The position numbers were made by a program, and so were the translations under genes. Below are positions 18,571-26,280 of a DNA stretch of 32,000 bases, one piece after another; position 1 is the first letter of the stretch; each line of letters begins with the position of its first letter. Below the pieces are notes generated by a model. It made no database searches. It was not told the origin of the DNA and saw nothing but the letters and a program-made list of their open reading frames with translations. The DNA comes from Candidatus Methylomirabilis limnetica (lineage in GTDB: Bacteria > Methylomirabilota > Methylomirabilia > Methylomirabilales > Methylomirabilaceae): assembly GCF_003044035.1 (NCBI RefSeq), contig NZ_NVQC01000017.1:30001-62000 (forward strand), written 5' to 3'.

Positions 18571-19512
18571 CTAGCTAATGATCTCCGTGCCTACCCCCTC
18601 TGACGTGAAAATCTCCAACAGGAGGGCATGCGGGATGGTGCCGTTCACGATGTGGGTTTTCCTTACCCCATTGTCAAGGGCGGTAAGGCAGGCCTGGACC
18701 TTGGGCAGCATCCCTCCCGAGATAACGCCATCAGCAATAAGCCGTTCCACCTCTTTCCTGCTCAATGTGGGAATGAGGGCGCCATCCTTATCCAGGATGC
18801 CGTCGGTATCGGTCAGGAGGACAAGCTTTTCCGCTTGAAGGGCCGATGCGATCTCGCCGGCCGCCAGGTCGGCATTGATGTTGTACGTCACCCCAGCCTC
18901 ATCCACGCCGGTCGGGGCCACCACCGGCGTGAATCTATCACGTTCGAGGGTGCGGAGGATCCGTGCATCTACGGCCACAATCTCGCCCACGAACCCCAGA
19001 TCGACCCCTGGTTCGACGAGGCCCACGGGAGTCTCAGCGGCCGCCACTGAGCCGGCCTTTTTCGCTCGGATCAACCCGCCGTCCTTACCTGAGAGGCCAA
19101 CGGCTGACCCGCCGCTGCTGTTGATGAGCGCCACCAGTTCCTGGTTGATCTGACCAACCAGCACCATCTCGACGATCTTCATCGTCTCCTGATCGGTGAC
19201 TCGGAATCCGCCGACAAAGGTCGGCGTAAGACCCGATCGCTCCATCGCCCTCGTGATCTCCGGGCCGCCGCCGTGCACCACAACCGGCTGCATCCCGACG
19301 TACCGCATCAGGATGATATCCAGCGCCACTGACTGCTTCAGTTCTTCATCAGTCATGGCCGCGCCGCCGTATTTGATCACGACAGCCTTACCGGCGAATG
19401 CTTTGATGTACGGGAGCGCCTCGATGAGGATTTTCGCCTTGTCGATCCCGCGCTGGACCTCCGACCGCTTCCGCTGATCCACCATCCACCCCGCTGCTTG
19501 CTGCGCTTTCAC
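18571..19512 (-). CDS. argB: acetylglutamate kinase
   Basis: 313 aa. VIKYGGAAM, VVHGGGPEI, amino-acid kinase fold. The start is GTG at 19512 or ATG at 19485. Confidence 0.92.
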   Translation of the reverse strand: MKAQQAAGWMVDQRKRSEVQRGIDKAKILIEALPYIKAFAGKAVVIKYGGAAMTDEELKQSVALDIILMRYVGMQPVVVHGGGPEITRAMERSGLTPTFVGGFRVTDQETMKIVEMVLVGQINQELVALINSSGGSAVGLSGKDGGLIRAKKAGSVAAAETPVGLVEPGVDLGFVGEIVAVDARILRTLERDRFTPVVAPTGVDEAGVTYNINADLAAGEIASALQAEKLVLLTDTDGILDKDGALIPTLSRKEVERLIADGVISGGMLPKVQACLTALDNGVRKTHIVNGTIPHALLLEIFTSEGVGTEIIS

Positions 19513-19531
19513 CTGATAGCTGATCGCTGCC

Positions 19532-20887
19532 TTACAAGATATAGCGGCTCAGATCCTCGTTCTTCACGATCTCCTGAAGCCGTTCCCGGACATAGGCCGC
19601 GTTGATATCGACCCGCGCGCCCTTCATGGCGGGCGCCTCAAACGAGATCTCCTCCAGTAGCCGTTCCAGGATGGTGTAGAGCCGGCGGGCGCCGATATTC
19701 TCGGTCGCCTGATTGACGGTGCTGGCAATGGCGGCGATCTCCTGCACGGCGTCCTCCGAAAAGTCCAGCTTCACCTCCTCTGTCTCCAGAAGGGCGACAT
19801 ACTGCCTGATCAAGGCATTCCGAGGCTCCGTGAGGATCCGGACGAAGTCGTCCTGCGTCAGGCTCGCCAACTCTACGCGCAAGGGGAAACGTCCCTGCAA
19901 CTCTGGGATCAGGTCAGACGGTTTGGTGGTATGAAACGCCCCTGCCGCAATAAACAGGACGTGATCGGTCCGCACCATGCCGTACTTGGTGGTAACCGTG
20001 CACCCCTCGACAATCGGCAGAAGGTCGCGTTGCACCCCCTGGCGCGAGACATCCGGCCCGTGCGACGACTCGCGGCCGGCGATTTTGTCGATCTCGTCCA
20101 GGAAGACGATCCCGGAATCCTCGACCCTACGGACCGCCTCTGATCTCACCTCGTCGATGTCGATAAGCTTATCGCCCTCTTCCTGGGCGAGGATTCGTTG
20201 GGCTTCCCGGACCTTGACCTTGCGTCGCTTGCCCCGCTGGGGCATGAGGTTCCCCAGCATCTCCTTGACGTTGATATCCATCTCCTCGATGCCGGAGTTG
20301 CTGAAGATCTCCACCATCGGTGTGCCTCGATCCTTGACCTCCAACTCCACGGTACGGTCATCCAGTTTCCCCTCGCGCAGCCGCGTCCTAAGCTTCTCAC
20401 GAGTCTCGGCAGTAGAGGTGATGACGCTCGCGTCAGATGTTGGCTCGACGCCCGGCATCGTCGCTACCCTCCCAACGGGAAGGAGCAGATCCAGAAGCCG
20501 CTCCTCCGCTAACTCCCGTGCCCGCTCCTGTACTGACTTGGTCTTTTCCTCCTTCACCATATCCACCGCCAGCGCAGTCAGGTCGCGCACCATCGATTCA
20601 ACATCGCGCCCTACGTAGCCCACCTCCGTGTACTTGCTGGCCTCCACCTTGATAAATGGGGCGTCCACCAGCTTGGCAAGGCGGCGAGCGATTTCTGTCT
20701 TGCCCACGCCGGTCGGGCCGATCATGATGATGTTCTTCGGCGCAACCTCATCACGCAGATCATCCGGTAGCCTCTGTCGCCGCCACCGATTGCGCAGCGC
20801 AATGGCCACGGCCCGCTTTGCGTCCTTTTGACCGATGATGTATTTATCAAGCTCGGCCACGATCTGTCGCGGTGTCAACTGCTCCAT
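19532..20887 (-). CDS. hslU: ATP-dependent protease ATPase subunit HslU
   Basis: 451 aa. [32 protein letters not shown], Walker [16 protein letters not shown], Walker [10 protein letters not shown]. Confidence 0.95.
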   Translation of the reverse strand: MEQLTPRQIVAELDKYIIGQKDAKRAVAIALRNRWRRQRLPDDLRDEVAPKNIIMIGPTGVGKTEIARRLAKLVDAPFIKVEASKYTEVGYVGRDVESMVRDLTALAVDMVKEEKTKSVQERARELAEERLLDLLLPVGRVATMPGVEPTSDASVITSTAETREKLRTRLREGKLDDRTVELEVKDRGTPMVEIFSNSGIEEMDINVKEMLGNLMPQRGKRRKVKVREAQRILAQEEGDKLIDIDEVRSEAVRRVEDSGIVFLDEIDKIAGRESSHGPDVSRQGVQRDLLPIVEGCTVTTKYGMVRTDHVLFIAAGAFHTTKPSDLIPELQGRFPLRVELASLTQDDFVRILTEPRNALIRQYVALLETEEVKLDFSEDAVQEIAAIASTVNQATENIGARRLYTILERLLEEISFEAPAMKGARVDINAAYVRERLQEIVKNEDLSRYIL

Positions 20888-20918
20888 GAAAGACCCCCAT
20901 TTCCCGTAAAGTTACACT

Positions 20919-21016
20919 GTCATTGCGAGCGGAGCGAAGCAATCTCGTTCTTGTTGAGATTACCAAGCTTGCCCCAAGCTCTGAGATTGCTTCGTCGCGT
21001 CGCTCCTCGCAATGAC
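20919..21016. repeat. REP-like palindromic element family C (GTCATTGCGAGCG-AGCGAAGCAATCTC arms)
   Basis: Left arm 20919..20946 and right arm 20983..21016 are inverted copies. A half copy lies at 26101..26136. Fills the hslV-hslU spacer. Confidence 0.75.
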
Positions 21017-21062
21017 GCGCGCGAGGGGGCCCGTTCTCTCGCAATAACGCTTACGGAATCAT

Positions 21063-21632
21063 CTACAACTCTTCAATCGTGATCGTGTCGTTGGTATAGA
21101 CGCAGATTGAGGCGGCAATCTTCATCGCCTCCTCAGCGATCCTTCTCGCGTCAAGCTCCGAGAAGCCTACAAGGGCCTTCGCCGCGGCGACCGCGTATGG
21201 GCCGCCGGAGCCGATGCCGATCACCCCGTCGTCGGGCTCGATGATATCCCCCGTCCCAGAGATGACAAACGAATGCTCCCTGTCGACCACCACCAACAGC
21301 GCCTCCAGGCGGCGGAGGGCTCGGTCGGTACGCCAATCTTTCGCCAGCTCGACCGCAGCGCGCGGCAGGTTGCCGCTGAACTCTTCCAGCTTCGCCTCGA
21401 ACTTAGTAAAGAGAGTAATCGCATCGGCGGTGCTACCAGCAAAACCGGCGACCACCCGATCGTTCCACATCCGACGGACCTTCCGCGCGCTGTGTTTCAT
21501 CACCGTTTGGCCGAAGGAGACCTGTCCGTCCCCGGCTACCACCACCCTCCCCTTGTGCCGCACCGCCAGGATCGTCGTGCTTCGCACTCTAGGGTACCCT
21601 TTCTCTTCAGGCTCTCGGATGCGCTTTATCAT
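21063..21632 (-). CDS. hslV: ATP-dependent protease subunit HslV
   Basis: [23 protein letters not shown].. is the HslV N-terminus. The track start at 21632 adds 17 residues and overlaps xerC by 26 nt. GTG at 21587 ((M)RSTTIL) is an alternative that places the catalytic Thr close to the N-terminus. Confidence 0.9.
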   Translation of the reverse strand: MIKRIREPEEKGYPRVRSTTILAVRHKGRVVVAGDGQVSFGQTVMKHSARKVRRMWNDRVVAGFAGSTADAITLFTKFEAKLEEFSGNLPRAAVELAKDWRTDRALRRLEALLVVVDREHSFVISGTGDIIEPDDGVIGIGSGGPYAVAAAKALVGFSELDARRIAEEAMKIAASICVYTNDTITIEEL

Positions 21633-22563
21633 AGACCTCCATCAAGTGATCCAGGTTCAGGTGGGTATACCGCTGGGTGGTCGAGAGGCGTGAATGACCC
21701 AGCAGCTCCTGAATCGCGCGGAGGTCGGCCCCTGCTTGAAGCAGATGCGTGGCATAGCTATGGCGCAGCCCGTGTGGTGTGATCTTCGGCCCCAAACCGC
21801 TTCGATTCAGGTATTTCAATACGATTCGAGCGGCGCCCCGTTGGCTCAAGCGGCCGCCCTGGCGGTTGAGAAACAACGCCACAGGCGCGGGGATTTCCCG
21901 TTTCACCCCCTGGATCAGATCACTCCGCCGACCAAGATAGCGCCCCAGGGCGGTGATGGCCTTCGATCCCACCGGGACAATCCGCTCCTTATTCCCCTTG
22001 CCTTTTACCCGAACAAGACTCTCCCGAATGTCCATATCCCGCACATCCAACCCAGTGAGTTCGCTCAATCGGATGCCCGAGGCATAAAAGAGCTCAAGGA
22101 TCGCCAGATCGCGGGCGCCCGCAGGACCTTCCTCGCTGGGCGACGCCAGGAGGCGATCAACCTCGTCTACGGAAAGATACGCCGGAAGCCGCTTTGGCAG
22201 TTTTGGCGTCGGAACGAGCTTCGCCGGATTCGCCTGCAGCACACCCTCCCGGCACAGGTACCGGAAGAACGATCGCAGAGTCGCAAGCTTCCGCGCAACA
22301 CTACTTCGGGCAATACCCCTCCTGTGCAGATCCGCCACGAAGGCCCGGATCGCCAGCGAGTCGATCTCAGCCGGCTCAATGGCCCAGCGCAGGGCATTGC
22401 TTCGCTCAACGCCGTTCACGACGGGTTCTGACTGCGGGAATCCGCTCGCTCTGAGAAACGTCCGGAACTGCTGTAAGTCGATCGCATAGTTCTTTAGCGT
22501 ATGAGGGGAAGCCGCTCGCTCTCCCTGAAGATATAGCAGGTACGCCTCGATCGATTTTAGCAT
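21607..22563 (-). CDS. xerC: tyrosine recombinase XerC/XerD family
   Basis: 318 aa. N-terminal SAM-like core-binding domain. Catalytic region ...[20 protein letters not shown]..., [26 protein letters not shown]. Confidence 0.88.
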   Translation of the reverse strand: MLKSIEAYLLYLQGERAASPHTLKNYAIDLQQFRTFLRASGFPQSEPVVNGVERSNALRWAIEPAEIDSLAIRAFVADLHRRGIARSSVARKLATLRSFFRYLCREGVLQANPAKLVPTPKLPKRLPAYLSVDEVDRLLASPSEEGPAGARDLAILELFYASGIRLSELTGLDVRDMDIRESLVRVKGKGNKERIVPVGSKAITALGRYLGRRSDLIQGVKREIPAPVALFLNRQGGRLSQRGAARIVLKYLNRSGLGPKITPHGLRHSYATHLLQAGADLRAIQELLGHSRLSTTQRYTHLNLDHLMEVYDKAHPRA

Positions 22564-22635
22564 CCTCCCAACCCTCTCCTACTTCTCTCCGGTACGATAC
22601 GAGGATTGAGCGGAAATATCAAGGCAAAATCGGCC

Positions 22636-22926
22636 TCAGCGATAGGTCTCCTCCCTCCTGAGACCGCAGTAGTGAAGCACAACCTCGCGCCCATAGACAT
22701 CATAGCGAAACCGGAAGCGGCCGAGGGAGAGTCGCCACTGGCCTTCGCCAATCGGCACATCCACGAGCTTCTTGATACGATAGGCTCGGTTGCAGTTGTA
22801 CGGGTCGGCCTTGAGAATGTCGAAGGCTCGGCCCTGAAGAGCTTGGAACTCCAGATGGCCTCGGAGGAGGCCCCGAGCCAGTCACTCGAACCGTGAAGTC
22901 GTACGAATGGAAAAAGAGGACATCAT
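22636..22926 (-). pseudogene. RelE/ParE-family toxin gene interrupted by a single in-frame TGA (codon 15)
   Basis: Not in the track. One frame reads MMSSFSIRTTSRFE*LARGLLRGHLEFQALQGRAFDILKADPYNCNRAYRIKKLVDVPIGEGQWRLSLGRFRFRYDVYGREVVLHYCGLRREETYR*. The TGA is at 22884..22882. The ATG overlaps the antitoxin TGA (ATGA). The WRLSLGRFRFRYDV pattern resembles the RelE/ParE YRLRVGDYRVIY. Confidence 0.6.
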
Positions 22927-23252
22927 GCGGTGAGGCGCCGCTTCCTCTTTTTTCCTGCCCCCTGGCGAAGCTCCTCAAGAAACTCCTCGGCAGGGCGACT
23001 CTTGCCGGCAAGGTACTCCTCCTTGCTCTTCTGGATATGCTCTCGGACCTTCGGGTCCTGCAGTTCCAGGTAATCCTCGAACTCGTCAATATCCATGATG
23101 CCGACAACCGGAATACCGTCCTTCTCGAGGATGAAATACTCCTTGTTGAGGTGAACGCGTTTCACCAGGGCGCCGAGGTTGATGCGGGCCAGGGTGATGG
23201 GGAGGTGTTGGACCCTAGGCGATGATTTCGCTGCCACGGCCTTGAGGCTCAT
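22923..23252 (-). CDS. Phd/YefM-family antitoxin
   Basis: Preferred start is the ATG at 23252 (AGGAG 6 nt upstream), not the TTG at 23321. ..LPITLARINLGALVKRVHLNKEYFILEKDGIPVVGIMDIDEFEDY.. matches the Phd/YefM N-domain. Confidence 0.75.
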   Translation of the reverse strand: MSLKAVAAKSSPRVQHLPITLARINLGALVKRVHLNKEYFILEKDGIPVVGIMDIDEFEDYLELQDPKVREHIQKSKEEYLAGKSRPAEEFLEELRQGAGKKRKRRLTA

Positions 23253-23275
23253 TGGCTTCTCCTTTCGCCACTGAT

Positions 23276-23293
23276 TAATGTTGATTAACATTA
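23276..23293 (-). promoter_or_regulatory. AT-rich inverted repeat upstream of the Phd/RelE module (candidate operator/promoter)
   Basis: TAATGTT-GATT-AACATTA, about 24 nt upstream of the antitoxin ATG. AT-rich in a GC-rich background. Confidence 0.3.
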
Positions 23294-23350
23294 GCATGGC
23301 AGCCCACCTCTTACAAGTCAAGGCGGCGGTTTGCTAAAACAAATCCACGT

Positions 23351-23484
23351 TGAGCCTGTCCTGCAAACCCCTACTCATGCTTCGACAGGCTCAGCACGAA
23401 CGGAAAAACATCAATGCTTTCAATGCCCATACCGTTCACCCTAAGCTTGTCGAAGGGTAAATGAGGGTTTGCAGGACAGGCTCA
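23351..23484. repeat. 134-bp long-hairpin palindromic element (family D)
   Basis: TGAGCCTGTCCTGCAAACCCCTACTCATGCTTCGACAGGCTCAGCACGAACGG ... CCGTTCACCCTAAGCTTGTCGAAGGGTAAATGAGGGTTTGCAGGACAGGCTCA. The arms are near-perfect inverted copies. Confidence 0.7.
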
Positions 23485-23587
23485 TATACCCTTCGAACCC
23501 GATCATATGCGCATCCATGAATCGCTCTGTAGGCACAAGGATATCGTAAGGAAGGAGCAGTCAGATGTCCAGTGGCCCCGTGCCCCC

Positions 23588-24337
23588 TCACCCCCCCTCA
23601 CAGCACCGCTTCGCCTTCAGGCCGGATCCGCATGGGCAGGGCTCGTTCCTGCCCACTGAGCCCTTCATCGACCCAGGCTCCGGGCGTCCCCAGATACGGG
23701 CGATGGCCCCGAAGTACAGCAGCAGCGCGAAGAAGCCCCTCCCCATAAACTCCAGGAAGGCATAGAGCCAGTCGAACAGGATCATCTTCGCCTTCGAGTA
23801 GTCGAGAGAGACCACGATGCCGACTGCGGTCTTCTGCGGCCACAGTTTGGTGTACTCGATGTTGACCAGCAACGAGAGGAACTGCGTGAGGATGAGCAGG
23901 CTCACGGTCACGGCGAAGACTCTGCCCCGTCGCGTGAGCGACCAGGCTGGTGTCGCAAGCACGAGCGCGGCAAGGAGTGCCAGGGGGTAGTCGCCGGAGG
24001 TCTCACGCAGGAGGGTGCGGCTGACGGTGACCGTCTCGGAGGTCTGCCTCGTGATGGGGCGCTCGGCGACGATCCTGGTCCCCTCCACACGGTAGCGCGT
24101 GCCGGGGGAGGATTCGATCGAGGGGATCAGAGGGGAGGCGAACGCCGCGAGCAGGTGGGCGTAGGCGGGTGCGAGGACCACCCACAGCAGGGCCAGGATG
24201 AGGAAAGCACCCCCTGCTCGGAGGCTAAAGCCCCGCCAGGAGGCCTTAAGCGAGTCTGCGAATCCGGCTAAGCCAGATAAGCCAGCAGGCGGCAACGAGG
24301 GCGAGGAAAAGGGCCTGCCAGAGGTAGAGGTGGGCAA
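23588..24337 (-). CDS. polytopic membrane protein with C-terminal SEC-C zinc-binding motif, overlapping the exosortase gene
   Basis: 249-aa ORF starting at a TTG; the exact start is uncertain. About 4 hydrophobic helices (GGAFLILALLWVVLAPAYAHLL, LALLAALVLATPAW, VFAVTVSLLILTQFLSLLV, FFALLLYFGAIARIW). Ends in NEPCPCGSGLKAKRCC. Overlaps the 3' end of 24246..24764 by up to 92 nt. Confidence 0.6.
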   Translation of the reverse strand: MPTSTSGRPFSSPSLPPAGLSGLAGFADSLKASWRGFSLRAGGAFLILALLWVVLAPAYAHLLAAFASPLIPSIESSPGTRYRVEGTRIVAERPITRQTSETVTVSRTLLRETSGDYPLALLAALVLATPAWSLTRRGRVFAVTVSLLILTQFLSLLVNIEYTKLWPQKTAVGIVVSLDYSKAKMILFDWLYAFLEFMGRGFFALLLYFGAIARIWGRPEPGSMKGSVGRNEPCPCGSGLKAKRCCEGG

Positions 24338-24764
24338 TCTGAAATCCTCCAGGAAAGTACCGGCCGATACCGATCAGGCTGAGCACGCGCAGGAGGTTAA
24401 CCAAATACAGGATGGCGGCACCCAGGACAAATCCGAGGGTGCGCTGCGTGAGGGTCGCAGGGTAGGCAAAGACCGCTGAGGCGTACAGGCCGATCTCATA
24501 GATGGCGTTACAGTTGTTCTTGATCTCGACCGCAAAACCGGGGATGCCGACGGAGGCGCCTGCAACCCAAGACTGAGCCCCCATGATCTTGAGCGCCTGA
24601 TGGCTGAGCCAGGCGATGCGCCGGGTAAACGGCACAACGAGCCGACTCTCCATGGCATACAGGAAAAGGAAGGCAAACAGGGTGTAGAGGCCGAAGCGCA
24701 GGCAGAAGTATAGGCCGTCACGGTGCTGGGTGAGAAGGGCCTTCTCATGTGGCATGGCGGTCAT
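24246..24764 (-). CDS. xrtH: exosortase/archaeosortase-family transpeptidase, short XrtH-like form
   Basis: 172 aa, polytopic. Ordered Cys/Arg/His candidates: VEIKNNCNAIYEIGLY, LYLVNLLRVLSL, FQIAHLYLWQ. The adjacent gene carries an IPTLxxWG-CTERM signal, the known XrtH cognate. Confidence 0.7.
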   Translation of the reverse strand: MTAMPHEKALLTQHRDGLYFCLRFGLYTLFAFLFLYAMESRLVVPFTRRIAWLSHQALKIMGAQSWVAGASVGIPGFAVEIKNNCNAIYEIGLYASAVFAYPATLTQRTLGFVLGAAILYLVNLLRVLSLIGIGRYFPGGFQIAHLYLWQALFLALVAACWLIWLSRIRRLA

Positions 24765-24781
24765 AGGTCAGGCATCTCGTC

Positions 24782-24801
24782 ATTCCGGTGCACACCGGAA
24801 T
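24782..24801. repeat. perfect palindrome ATTCCGGTGCACACCGGAAT (REP-type)
   Basis: 9-bp arms with a 2-nt centre, in the spacer between the substrate gene and the exosortase gene. Confidence 0.7.
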
Positions 24802-24899
24802 CCAGGGTATGGGTTCGCAAGCCTCCACCTGTCCCGCCCAGGGCGGACCCCGCCGCTGGCCTGTTGGAGGGAGAACAGGCGTCCAGTCCATCTGAGATC

Positions 24900-24925
24900 G
24901 TCGGGTTACGCGACGCTAACCCGAC
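24900..24925. repeat. REP-type hairpin GTCGGGTTA-N8-TAACCCGAC overlapping the stop codon of the IPTL-CTERM gene
   Basis: The 9-bp arms contain the TAG stop (24916..24918) and encode the last residues ..RRRSG. Confidence 0.7.
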
Positions 24926-25614
24926 CTACGCCGCTGACTCTTCCGCAGGGCGAGCAGACCGCCTCCAACCAGCAGGGCCGCCATGCCGACCTGGGCCCAC
25001 TCGGAGAGGGTGGGGATGCCGGTGGCGGGGCTGGAGACCGCCACACCGAATGGAGACGTGCCCAGCGGACCCTGGCCGGCATTGCCGAAGTCGGAGAGCA
25101 GCGTGCGAGTGCCGGTGGTCGGATCAACGCGGAAGAGAGCGCCGCGGTTGACGGTGCCGGCACTGGGGTCGATCACCAGGATGGCGCCGCCGGCCTCCAG
25201 GGCCACGCCGAATAGATCGTTGCCCAGCGGACCCTGGCCGGCATTGCCGAAGTCGGAGAGCAGCGTGCGAGTACCGGTGGTCGGATCAACGCGGAAGAGA
25301 GCGCCGAGGGTACCGGTGCCGGCACCTCTGTCGATCACCAGGATGGCGCCGCCGGCCTCCAGGGCCACGCCGACTGGTTCATCGCCCAGCGGACCCTGGC
25401 CGGCATTGCCGAAGTCGGAGAGCAGCGTGCGAGTGCCGGTGGTCGGATCAACGCGGAAGAGAGCGCCGCGGTTGACGGTGCCGGCACTGGGGTCGATCAC
25501 CACGGTATCCGCCTCAACGGCGCCGGGCAGACTCAGCCACGCTCCCAGGACCATCGCCAGCAGGATCACTATCGTGAACAGACGGCCGTGGCCGCCCCGT
25601 GTGTGGTAGCTCAT
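24916..25614 (-). CDS. secreted repeat protein with IPTLxxWG-CTERM sorting signal (exosortase substrate)
   Basis: Preferred ATG at 25614 (GGAGAGGAG upstream) gives signal peptide MSYHTRGGHGRLFTIVILLAMVLGAWLSLPGAVEA. Three 54-aa repeats follow. The C-terminus GIPTLSEWAQVGMAALLVGGGLLALRKSQRRR has signature, TM helix and basic cluster. Confidence 0.8.
   Translation of the reverse strand: MSYHTRGGHGRLFTIVILLAMVLGAWLSLPGAVEADTVVIDPSAGTVNRGALFRVDPTTGTRTLLSDFGNAGQGPLGDEPVGVALEAGGAILVIDRGAGTGTLGALFRVDPTTGTRTLLSDFGNAGQGPLGNDLFGVALEAGGAILVIDPSAGTVNRGALFRVDPTTGTRTLLSDFGNAGQGPLGTSPFGVAVSSPATGIPTLSEWAQVGMAALLVGGGLLALRKSQRRRSG
25040..25520. repeat. three tandem 162-bp (54-codon) repeats inside the IPTL-CTERM gene
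   Basis: Unit starts at 25061, 25223 and 25385. 25061..25178 and 25385..25502 read as identical (118 bp). The middle unit differs mainly in two short patches. Confidence 0.9.
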
Positions 25615-25704
25615 CGTGTCGCTCCTCTCCGAGGTGTCCGTATCTCCCTTCCACCGCTCCGTTCGCACATCGCGCTCCTGCCCTGATCGAGAGTTTCTAC
25701 CACG

Positions 25705-25713
25705 CCCCCCCCC
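25705..25713. repeat. C9 (G9 on gene strand) homopolymer ~90 nt upstream of the IPTL-CTERM gene ATG
   Basis: cacg ccccccccc ggacc. Lies in-frame between an upstream ATG (25788) and the signal-peptide ATG (25614). Confidence 0.9.
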
Positions 25714-25732
25714 GGACCTGTCATAGGGAAAA

Positions 25733-26022
25733 TAGGGACAGACACTATTATCGTGACGATTCGTGGTGTTCGCGGTCATGATCGGCATGCCATGGATTAC
25801 CCGAACCGTTGCAGCCGGCCATCCGTAGCATGTGAGGCAACGAGGGAATGATAGCCAGGCGGTCTTTCGGAACGACAGCGAATCGGAGGCACACGATGAC
25901 AGCGCGGCGACTGCAAAGAGACGGGTTCATCTGGGAGGTGCGCAGGAAACTGGACGAGTCATACACGTGGGGCAGAGGGGAAGACCAAGAAAGGATCTCA
26001 ATAAATAGTGTCTGTCCCTATT
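25733..26022. repeat. perfect 19-bp inverted repeat pair bracketing ~250 bp
   Basis: AATAGGGACAGACACTATT at 25733..25751 and its exact reverse complement AATAGTGTCTGTCCCTATT at 26004..26022. Confidence 0.85.
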
Positions 26023-26100
26023 ATATTGGCATTGGGAGCGACCAACGGGAGCATGGCAATCTCACCGTTTTTCCCGGTGACTACGCGCCCCAACGACTGT

Positions 26101-26136
26101 GAGATTGCTTCAGTCGCGACGCTCCCTCGCAATGAC
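26101..26136. repeat. half copy of REP family C
   Basis: GAGATTGCTTCAGTCGCGACGCTCCCTCGCAATGAC matches the right arm at 20983..21016. Confidence 0.7.
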
Positions 26137-26186
26137 CGCGCACGGGACTTTCCGGGCAATACCCCATACGCATGAAAGCCCGGACC

Positions 26187-26280
26187 CATCACCCCCCACC
26201 TGTATCCTCCCCCTCAAGGGGGGAGGAGTTCGCATGAGGCGTGCCTTCCCCCCCACGAGGGGGAAGGTGAGGATGGGGGG
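26187..26280. repeat. compound G/C-run palindromic element (two nested hairpins)
   Basis: CCTCCCCCTCAAGGGGGGAGG and CCTTCCCCCCCACGAGGGGGAAGG inside the outer arms CACCCCCCAC ... GGATGGGGGG. Confidence 0.7.

Noticed and set aside
22840-22884. The in-frame TGA of the RelE-like gene as a selenocysteine codon, given selB in the window.
   Set aside because: The only downstream hairpin is GGCCTC-CTCC-GAGGCC. It is short and lacks the GU-containing apical loop and bulge of bacterial SECIS elements. The position is not a catalytic Cys site in this family, so a nonsense mutation is the simpler reading.
23276-23293. The AT-rich inverted repeat as a dif-like Xer site, given the adjacent xerC.
   Set aside because: It shares only a generic AT-rich palindromic character with dif and has no recognisable XerC/XerD arm consensus. 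Its position fits a TA operator/promoter better.
23565-23765. A 66-codon plus-strand ORF preceded by a strong SD-like AAGGAAGGAG.
   Set aside because: It is almost entirely antisense to the SEC-C motif gene. It encodes a Pro/Ser-rich low-complexity peptide with no motif. The SD-like string lies in the spacer next to a repeat element.
25040-25520. The repeat units as a template/variable repeat pair of a diversity-generating retroelement.
   Set aside because: The differences between units are not adenine-specific. The units are in-frame tandem copies within one gene, and no reverse transcriptase is present in the window.
14919-26280. Recurring palindromes as a CRISPR array.
   Set aside because: The copies are kilobases apart and belong to several unrelated families. 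They are strongly self-complementary and sit singly at gene junctions, with no regular repeat-spacer periodicity and no cas genes.
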